A stretch of DNA of 64,000 bases, taken from assembly GCA_044450645.1 (NCBI GenBank), contig JBIOJG010000018.1:30825-94824 (forward strand). Reading direction: 5' to 3'. The notes under the pieces were generated by a model. The model was given only the letters and a program-made list of their open reading frames with translations, was not told the DNA's origin and did no database searches. The first letter of the stretch is position 1. Every line of letters starts with the position of its first letter. This DNA is from Candidatus Binatia bacterium (GTDB lineage: Bacteria > Desulfobacterota > Binatia > HRBIN30). Positions 57,606-64,000 of the stretch are shown piece by piece. Made by a program: the position numbers and the translations under genes.

Positions 57606-59309
57606 CTAGCCGACCGCCCTCATCGTACGCAGCTCGTCCGAGATGGGCATGCGTTCGAAGACGCGCATGATCTCCTCCTTGGCCACGGCGAAGGCCATTC
57701 CGGTCGAGGGCACCGCCTCGGTGCGCATCCATGCGGGCAGATCGTTGTCCTCCGGTCCGAAGCCGGCGCGCCGGTTGAACTCCCACTCGTCCTGCATGCA
57801 CTCCCAGCCGATGTCCGCCATATCCTCGAAGGTCAGCTGCGCCCCGTGCATGGCGTTGTACAGCGTTCGCATCTCCTCGATGGTGGGCTGCTGGAATTGG
57901 CAGAAGCCGCTGGAGTCACACAGCGCATTGATCAGCTGGGCCTCTTGCGACGCTCGTGCCGGATCGGCAGCGGGCACGACGATCAAGCCGGCGGTGTGAT
58001 CCGCCCCCATGGCACTGGTGGCGTAGGTGATGCCGGTGGCTTGCAGCGTGCGCGCTTCCCACGCCGGAATGCCTTGCCCGCGAATCGCCGGCACGCGCTC
58101 GGCCTTGAAGCGTTTCGCCACGGCCACCACGCCGCGCGCGATGGTCTCAGCCAGCTCGTCGCCCTTGTCGACCTTGTCGAGCAGGGCGATCGCCGCATCG
58201 GCATCGCCGAACGCCAGCGCACCGCAGTCCATCGCCAGACCCATGGCCCCACCGGTCTCGATGGTGTCGAGCCCGAGGTCGTCGCACAGGCGGTCGATCT
58301 TGGCCACCTTGTCCAGGTCGGCGATGGCGCAGTTGGAACCGCACAGGGCGAGGGTCTCGAATTCGAGGGCCGAGGTCACGTACTTGCCCTCGGCGTCGTT
58401 GACGATGTTGGAGCACTGCACGATGCAACCGGACATGCAGTTGTGCATGCTGCCGCCGCGGGTCGCAAAGTTCTCGACGATATGCATCCCGCTGAGCGCA
58501 TCAGACCCCTCGAACTGCATCTCTCGCCGGTTACGTGTGGGGAACGTGCTCATCATGTTCGCCAGCGGCACGGTGGTGGAGGTCCCAAACTGGAAGAGCT
58601 GCGGGCCGGCCTTGTACTCTTTGGTGACCTGCAGAGTGAAGGCCTTGAAACCCGCCGCATCCTCGGCGACGCGGGCCTGCGTTCCTTCGTCGTCGACAAC
58701 GATGGCCTTCAATCCTTTGGCGCCCATCGCGGCGCCCAGTCCGCCACGGGCCGCGTGGCGGGACGGATGGCGTGCACCCTCGTCGGTGAAGGCGACACTG
58801 GCCCCCGAAAATCCGAGTTCACCAGCGGGGCCGCACATCACGAAAGCGGCACGGGCGGAGAACTGCTTGGCCAGCTTCTCGGAAGCGGCATAGGTGCGGA
58901 GCCCTTTGAGATCCGGGCACTCGCGCATCTCGACCCCGCTCTTGCGGACAGAGATGAGATAGCGCTTCGTCGGGTCTTTGGCCTTTCCTTCAACGATCAG
59001 CGCGCGATAGCCGAGGCGCATCAGTTTTTGTCCGGCCTGTCCACCGGAGTTGGCCTCTTTGATGCCGCCGGTGAGCGGGCTCTTGCCCCCCACGCTCATG
59101 CGGCCGGAGGTCGGGGCAACCGAACCGGACAGCACGCCCGGCGCGAAGATCACCTTGTTGCCCGGCCCAAGCGGATCACACTTCGGATCCACCTCTTTCA
59201 GGAGGATCTTCGCCGAGAGGGCGCGCCCGCCGAGAAACGTCCATTCCTTCGGAAACGGCTCTTCCTTCACTGTCAGGTCCGTCAGATTCGCGCGCAGAAT
59301 TTTTTCCAT
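57606..59309 (-). CDS. aor: Aldehyde ferredoxin oxidoreductase family (W/Mo)
   Basis: 'KSPLTGGIKEANSGG', 'ARGGLGAAMGAKGLKAI', 'CMSGCIVQC', 'EFET', 'CDDLGLDTI'. Confidence 0.9.
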   Translation of the reverse strand: MEKILRANLTDLTVKEEPFPKEWTFLGGRALSAKILLKEVDPKCDPLGPGNKVIFAPGVLSGSVAPTSGRMSVGGKSPLTGGIKEANSGGQAGQKLMRLGYRALIVEGKAKDPTKRYLISVRKSGVEMRECPDLKGLRTYAASEKLAKQFSARAAFVMCGPAGELGFSGASVAFTDEGARHPSRHAARGGLGAAMGAKGLKAIVVDDEGTQARVAEDAAGFKAFTLQVTKEYKAGPQLFQFGTSTTVPLANMMSTFPTRNRREMQFEGSDALSGMHIVENFATRGGSMHNCMSGCIVQCSNIVNDAEGKYVTSALEFETLALCGSNCAIADLDKVAKIDRLCDDLGLDTIETGGAMGLAMDCGALAFGDADAAIALLDKVDKGDELAETIARGVVAVAKRFKAERVPAIRGQGIPAWEARTLQATGITYATSAMGADHTAGLIVVPAADPARASQEAQLINALCDSSGFCQFQQPTIEEMRTLYNAMHGAQLTFEDMADIGWECMQDEWEFNRRAGFGPEDNDLPAWMRTEAVPSTGMAFAVAKEEIMRVFERMPISDELRTMRAVG

Positions 59310-59476
59310 GGTCACCCTCCGTAACAGCCTTAATCGTTATCACGACACAGGCGCTATGGGAACGGCACCTTCGGGGTTCCCGCAGAGCGTACCGATGGAC
59401 AACCTCGGGGGACTCTCATAATGAGCAGGCCAGGCAGGGCAGTGTCCTAGCGGTGCAGCCCACGTGACGGAAGACC

Positions 59477-59806
59477 ATGAGCAGCGGGAACAATCCGGGT
59501 GTAGTCAAACAGACGAAGTCGACGCGGTTTGCACCCACGGCCTTCGCCTCGGTCATCGGTTGCGCCGTGGCAGCCATACTGGCCAGAGGGTTCGGACCGC
59601 GCACGCTTGCCATGATTCTCGGTGGCGCAGCCGCCGGCGGTCTGTGCGGACTGCTTCCCTACTTCGTCGGCCGAAAAAGGGACGCACGACTGGCAGCGCT
59701 CGCCGTGTGGGTCTGCGTCGGATCGGGAATCCTCTTTGGTGTCTTCCTGGCGATACCGGTGGCGCTTCTGTTCACCCTTGTGCTTGTTCGAATAGCAGCG
59801 TCATGA
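59477..59806 (+). CDS. Small membrane protein
   Basis: Three or four hydrophobic Gly-rich segments. Confidence 0.55.
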   Translation: MSSGNNPGVVKQTKSTRFAPTAFASVIGCAVAAILARGFGPRTLAMILGGAAAGGLCGLLPYFVGRKRDARLAALAVWVCVGSGILFGVFLAIPVALLFTLVLVRIAAS

Positions 59807-59842
59807 GTCCGGCGGACCGGTTGTAGAAGGGAGCATGCACGA

Positions 59843-61015
59843 TCAGCCGACGACCAGCACGTAGTTCTCGCGTTTGAGCGGGCGGGCCAGCGTGAGCGCC
59901 ATCACGCGCTCACCACCGGTACGCTGGATGAGCGCATCAAAGCGTGCCTTGGCGGCGCCGGTCAGTGCGCGGGCGCGGGCGAGCGTCTTGTTGAAATGCC
60001 ACAGCGCCTGCGGCGCCCCTCCTGCCCGGATGGTACGGCCGCAAAGCGTGAAGCTGATCTCTCCCAGCGCGGGGTGCAATTGCCGCTCGCCTTGCGCGGC
60101 AACGAGATCGCCCGGTTTCAGCGACGGATGTGCCGCGATCCACGCGTTGTATTGAGCGGAGTTCGCAAGCAACTCGGGTCCCCAGTCCCTGAAGATGTGG
60201 GCGAGAAGGGGCTCCAAAGTCTCCGGAATGGCGTCATCGGCCGGATAGCATGGCTCCGTTTCGGGAAACTCGCCGTCAAAGAGATCCGCCAGGTTCATCC
60301 GCTCGGTCCAGCGAAAGACGTTGGGGGCGCGGCTTTTCATCAGCGCGCACGGGTAGGGGTCGCGCCCCAGATGGGCGAACAGTGGGGCCATCAGCCCGAA
60401 GTCCGCATCGCTGGGCCGCCCGCCCAGAACGTAGGGATGCATCAGGAAGTGCGCGTCGAGAACGGCAAGCAAGTCCTCGTACGATCGTTCGATGGCGGGG
60501 ATCGTTTCGCCAATGATGCCGAGCCGTGGCAGATGCGCCTGCATCGCTTGCATAAAGGGTGCGGCGGCGGCATCGCGCTGGGTCCGATCATGGCTCGCGG
60601 ATGCGCACCGGCCGAACTCGACGCGCAGGAAATTCTCCTGTTGCGCCAGAAAGGACCACCGGTAGTGCATGCCGGGCTTCAACAGCCCTTCGGAACCGAA
60701 CGCTCCGATCAGCGCGGCAATGGTCCGTTGCACCGGCGCCGAAGGATTGAGGCGCGGCTCCGGAAATCTCTCCTCCAGATGCTCAATGATGTCGGAGGTA
60801 TCCTGGATGATGGATCCATCCGGAGCTTCCAGCACCGGAACCACAAAGAACCCGAGTGCCGGAAGAATCTTCTCCTGGAACACGGGATGAGCCGGGTAAA
60901 ACTCTCGATAGGGAATCCTCTTCTTGATCAAGTAGGATCTGGCCTTACCGGTGTAGTACGATAGCGATCCGCCCCACAGGATATACGTGTCGTTGCTACG
61001 GCCAGTGGTCGCCAT
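59843..61015 (-). CDS. Glutathione S-transferase family protein (long type)
   Basis: 'LSYYTGKARSYL', 'VPVLE..IIQDTSDII', 'LGGRPSDADFGL...HLGRDP'. Confidence 0.85.
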   Translation of the reverse strand: MATTGRSNDTYILWGGSLSYYTGKARSYLIKKRIPYREFYPAHPVFQEKILPALGFFVVPVLEAPDGSIIQDTSDIIEHLEERFPEPRLNPSAPVQRTIAALIGAFGSEGLLKPGMHYRWSFLAQQENFLRVEFGRCASASHDRTQRDAAAAPFMQAMQAHLPRLGIIGETIPAIERSYEDLLAVLDAHFLMHPYVLGGRPSDADFGLMAPLFAHLGRDPYPCALMKSRAPNVFRWTERMNLADLFDGEFPETEPCYPADDAIPETLEPLLAHIFRDWGPELLANSAQYNAWIAAHPSLKPGDLVAAQGERQLHPALGEISFTLCGRTIRAGGAPQALWHFNKTLARARALTGAAKARFDALIQRTGGERVMALTLARPLKRENYVLVVG

Positions 61016-61189
61016 GCGGGTCCTCCACCGTCGCCAAAACACAGCATCATGCCGCGGTCAAGCCACACGATGTCGGCGGCGCGTGGCCCACACGCCGCCG
61101 CTACACGTTGTTGTCGAGATGGACCGTGGCCGGCGCGCCTGAGCCGCCACGAACCTGCGGGATCGTTTTGCTGGGATCGGAGGCTCTGC

Positions 61190-61342
61190 ATGCTTTTCAT
61201 GGTCATCGAGCGCTTTCGAGACAACGACATGGTCCCTATCTACAAACAGGTCTGCGATGGGGGACGCATGTTTCCCGAAGGGCTGAGGGTCAATAGCCAA
61301 GACACGCGTGAAGTCGTGGCGCCGTACTTGGACAAACCATGA
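61190..61342 (+). pseudogene. DUF3303-like gene with internal deletion
   Basis: 'MLFMVIERFRDNDMVPIY...GRMFPEGL' joined to C-terminal 'SQDTREVVAPYL'; only 50 aa. Confidence 0.55.
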
Positions 61343-61379
61343 GTTCAAGCCTGAAAGTGTTTGCGTGAAGGGGTCCGCG

Positions 61380-61446
61380 CTCCAACACGCGCATCCAGCC
61401 GACGCGCAAGAAACACACGCGCCGCTGATTCGCAAGACGGTTAGAC
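61380..61446 (+). mobile_element. attC-like integron recombination site
   Basis: R'' CTCCAAC, L'' ATCCAGC, stem CGACGCG/CGCGCCG, L' GCTGAT, R' GTTAGAC. Confidence 0.65.
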
Positions 61447-61494
61447 ACCGATCGTACGAGGGGCTATCCTTGATGGTGCTTCGGAGGTAACGCA

Positions 61495-61719
61495 ATGGTG
61501 CTACCATCTCCACTGGTAAGCAGTTCCACCAAGGTCATGAGCGGCGCGGTGGTATTCACCGGTACGCGCGTCCCGGTCCAGACGCTGATGGATTACATCG
61601 AGGAGGGAGCTTCCCTGGACGAGTTTTTGGATGACTTCCACACCGTAAGCCGCGAGCACGCCATTGCCGTTCTGGAGCTCGCAAAAGACTCCCTCATTCA
61701 GCGTGCGACTGCTGCTTGA
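61495..61719 (+). CDS. DUF433 family antitoxin
   Basis: 'MSGAVVFTGTRVPVQTLMDYIEEG..LDEFLDDF'. Confidence 0.85.
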   Translation: MVLPSPLVSSSTKVMSGAVVFTGTRVPVQTLMDYIEEGASLDEFLDDFHTVSREHAIAVLELAKDSLIQRATAA

Positions 61720-61960
61720 TGAATGCGTGCCGAAGCGGCTGCGGCGGGAACTTCCAGGCCACGAGGTCCGCACGGCTCCGGAGATGGGTTGGGCCGGTAA
61801 GGAAAACGGCGAGCTGTTGGGCCTGACCGAATCGAAATTCGAGGTTCTGGTGACGGTCGACCAAAGAATCAAGTATCAGCAGTCTGTGGCAGGTCGGGAC
61901 ATCGCGGTTGTGGTCTTGCTCGCTCGCCGCAACACGATCGATTTCCTAATGAAACGCTAG
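61703..61960 (+). CDS. DUF5615 PIN-like toxin, possibly C-terminally truncated
   Basis: 'LLLDECVPKRL', 'MGWAGKENGELL', 'LVTVDQ'. Confidence 0.8.
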   Translation: MRLLLDECVPKRLRRELPGHEVRTAPEMGWAGKENGELLGLTESKFEVLVTVDQRIKYQQSVAGRDIAVVVLLARRNTIDFLMKR

Positions 61961-62008
61961 GCGTTAGCCGGTCGGCGCGCAGGGTGCTACGATGCCCGGG
62001 AGGAGGGA

Positions 62009-62239
62009 TTGACAGTGACGGAGCTTGCAGAGCGAATCACCGTGGACCCGGAGCAGTGTGGTGGCCGGCCGTGCATCCGTGGCATGCGCATTCGCGTGAT
62101 CGACGTTCTCGATTTGCTGGCGAATGGCCTTACCGCCGAGCAAGTCATCGAGGAACTTCCTGACCTCGAGATCGAGGACGTTCGTGCCTGTCTGCGGTTC
62201 GCGAGCCGTCGTCTCGACCACCCCGTGCTGGCAGCGTGA
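62009..62239 (+). CDS. DUF433 family antitoxin
   Basis: 'RITVDPEQCGGRPCIRGMRIRV', 'PDLEIEDVRACL'. Confidence 0.9.
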   Translation: MTVTELAERITVDPEQCGGRPCIRGMRIRVIDVLDLLANGLTAEQVIEELPDLEIEDVRACLRFASRRLDHPVLAA

Positions 62240-62589
62240 TCATCTGGGTGGATGCGCAGCTGTCTCCGGCTCTGGCTAGCTGGATCACCGAGACCTTCAG
62301 CCTGCAAGCCTACGCTGTGCGAGAACTGGGATTGCGGAATGCGAAGGATCCGGAGATCTTCCGGGCTGGGCGGCGGGAGGGGATCGTCGTGATGAGCAAG
62401 GACAGTGACTTTGTGGAGCTTGTCGAACGGCTGGGACCGCCGCCCAAAGTCTTGTGGCTGACTTGCGGCAACACCAGCAATGATTCGCTGAGGCAAGTTC
62501 TGTCCACGGAGCTACCACGGGCCCTGCAGCTCCTCGAACGGGGCGAACAAATTGTCGAGATCGCGGGTGCGGCAGAAAGCAGCGGCTAA
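62236..62589 (+). CDS. DUF5615 PIN-like toxin
   Basis: 'WVDAQLSPAL', 'MSKDSDF', 'PPKVLWLTCGN'. Confidence 0.88.
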   Translation: MIIWVDAQLSPALASWITETFSLQAYAVRELGLRNAKDPEIFRAGRREGIVVMSKDSDFVELVERLGPPPKVLWLTCGNTSNDSLRQVLSTELPRALQLLERGEQIVEIAGAAESSG

Positions 62590-62647
62590 CAAGGCAGCTG
62601 CCGACGATGGCGGCATGCGCGGCAAATCAAGAGCGAACGGCGCTGGG
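62584..62647 (+). mobile_element. Degenerate attC-like site
   Basis: R'' GGCTAAC overlaps the toxin stop and is the exact complement of GTTAGCC (61963) at the cassette start; weak R' GCTGGGC. Confidence 0.45.
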
Positions 62648-62745
62648 CTCTGCACGCCCCTCCACCGCAGTCCCCTTTGCCGTTGCACCGACGCCTCCAC
62701 ACCGCCCCGATTCCTCCCCGCGCGCATGGCGTTACGCACCACGTA

Positions 62746-62890
62746 CTGTCCTAAGCTGTCAGCAATCAGCGGTCAGCTCTCAGCTGTTGAGCGGTCACCC
62801 CCATGCAAACCGTAGAAGAGCGAGGCGAGTCCTGCAGCTGACAGCTGAATGCTGACAGCTAACCGCTGTGCTGGCCGAAATTAGGACAGC
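62746..62890. repeat. Inverted heptamer-repeat element (TCAGC../..GCTGA) bounded by CTGTCCTAA/TTAGGACAG
   Basis: TCAGCAA TCAGCGG TCAGCTC TCAGC mirrored by GCTGACA GCTGAAT GCTGACA GCTAACC GCTG. Confidence 0.7.
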
Positions 62891-62984
62891 ACCATGCACC
62901 GTTTCGCACTTGACATGCTTGCTCACCGCCAGCTCTTCCGAGTATAAGCCCCATAGTGAGTGAGCGTCCGTCAGCAGCGGTTCA

Positions 62985-63083
62985 GTTCAACATCGTTCAT
63001 CCGCCCTCCGGCGGTGACCTGGCTGTGCCGAGTGCGCAGCTCACCCCGGTGCCGGAGAGCAGATGAAACACTACACGTTCGGC
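62985..63083 (-). mobile_element. attC-like hairpin downstream of HNH gene
   Basis: Minus strand GCCGAAC...TTCATCTGCTCTCCGGC/GCCGGAGGGCGGATGAA...GTTGAAC. Confidence 0.5.
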
Positions 63084-63108
63084 TGCCCGGCCACCACGGT
63101 GTTCGCAC

Positions 63109-63753
63109 TCAAGGTAGGGGAAGGAACATGACCACTTCAGCCGGTACTTGGTTCCCCTTGCGCCGACCGCATTCGTTACACAACGGCTGGAGATTTCGGA
63201 AGGCCGCATTGCCGCCTCGACTCCGCGGCTGGATGTGATCGATGTGCAGACTTACGTCTCTGCGACCGCATCCGAAACACGCACGTCCGTAGAGCTGAAG
63301 AATGCGCTTCTTCACCTTGCTTGATGGCTTAATTGCGTACACCTCGTCGCTGCTGTTCAGCTGCTCGGCAAGCTCCCGGGTTTGGACGTAGATGGATTCT
63401 CCGCTCCATGGGCGCAGCAGGCGCAAACACTGGCCGCATTCGAGGGCATACGCAGGGCTTGCCTTTCGGGACCTCCTTAGATCGGCAAGGAGGTCTTCGT
63501 CGAACTCACGAGCGAAGTCCGTTTTCCAAGTCGCCGAGCAGATGTCCGGAGGTCGGTAGTCGACGAAGATGCCATCGACGCTAGCCCCGAAGCAGTTTTC
63601 GCACAGAAATCCAGGCCGGCGGAGGTCCAGCAACTGCATATGATCGCAATTGGCTATCCGCGCCTGAATGTAGGACGCACGGTCCTCATCCATCGCCCAG
63701 TTCTTCCCTTCGTAGTCCAAATGGGGATCTCGAATTGCGGAAAGGCGCGGCAT
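63109..63753 (-). CDS. HNH endonuclease with N-terminal Cys-rich domain
   Basis: 'CFGCG..LHIDHIQPRSRGG..NLQPLCNECGRRK'; N-terminal CxxC pairs. Confidence 0.85.
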   Translation of the reverse strand: MPRLSAIRDPHLDYEGKNWAMDEDRASYIQARIANCDHMQLLDLRRPGFLCENCFGASVDGIFVDYRPPDICSATWKTDFAREFDEDLLADLRRSRKASPAYALECGQCLRLLRPWSGESIYVQTRELAEQLNSSDEVYAIKPSSKVKKRILQLYGRACFGCGRRDVSLHIDHIQPRSRGGNAAFRNLQPLCNECGRRKGNQVPAEVVMFLPLP

Positions 63754-63849
63754 TCATCCGTATCGTATCAAACGCTGGCGTTTGGTCGAGGGTCTCCGGG
63801 TGTCGGGGGTGGTACGTGCCCTGCCTGTCGTTGTAAAAATTGGATTGCG

Positions 63850-64000
63850 ATGGGCCTACCGATCTCACGGGCCGGCAAAGATGGCCGCACCAAAGTCCGA
63901 TGGAACATCACCGTGCTGGCGGCGGCAGCTGCGATGCTCCTCCTCGTCACTGGTTGCGGCCCGGGTCGGCACAAGTGGACCCGACCTGACGCCACGCCTC
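63850..64000 (+). CDS. Putative lipoprotein, 5' part only
   Basis: Manual translation MGLP...VLAAAAAMLLLVTGCGPGRHKWTRPDATP, lipobox-like; runs off window. Confidence 0.4.
   Translation, partial: MGLPISRAGKDGRTKVRWNITVLAAAAAMLLLVTGCGPGRHKWTRPDATP

Noticed and set aside
57846-59324. 492-aa plus-strand ORF
   Set aside because: Antisense shadow of AOR

Overview
High-GC bacterial chromosomal window. The gene repertoire (cohesin/PT-linker/IPTL-like surface proteins, rubrerythrin-DUF3501 cluster, AOR, Bat operon) suggests a deltaproteobacteria-like lineage such as Ca. Binatia; this is inference only. All family assignments come from motif recognition by eye, not database searches. Left accessory zone (~1.7-18.7 kb): TA modules, RNase HI with a C-terminal hybrid-binding domain, a lower-GC three-gene operon (N4/N6 DNA methyltransferase, stand-alone DUF262, HEPN-motif protein) next to a disrupted vsr, and a 2883-aa secreted multidomain protein ending in a lipase-type alpha/beta hydrolase coupled to a Ycf48/BNR-repeat partner. 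Middle (~19-56 kb), mostly housekeeping: GAF histidine kinase, lipB-lipA, GST, rubrerythrin/Fe-S oxidoreductase/DUF3501/Fur, PuuD-like membrane protein, cytochrome c, PduO, MBL hydrolase, GH38, MATE, a protein made of two IS630-type DNA-binding modules without DDE, CoxD/CoxE-like pair, AAC(3)-like, LarA-like, moxR-DUF58-bat operon, M16 protease. Right end (~56-64 kb): Fe-S protein, nested REP/MITE, AOR, GST and a degenerate integron-like cassette cluster (attC-like sites, two DUF433/DUF5615 TA pairs, HNH) with no integrase in view. Short palindromic and heptamer repeats recur, several in-frame inside genes. No rRNA, tRNA or CRISPR array was recognised.
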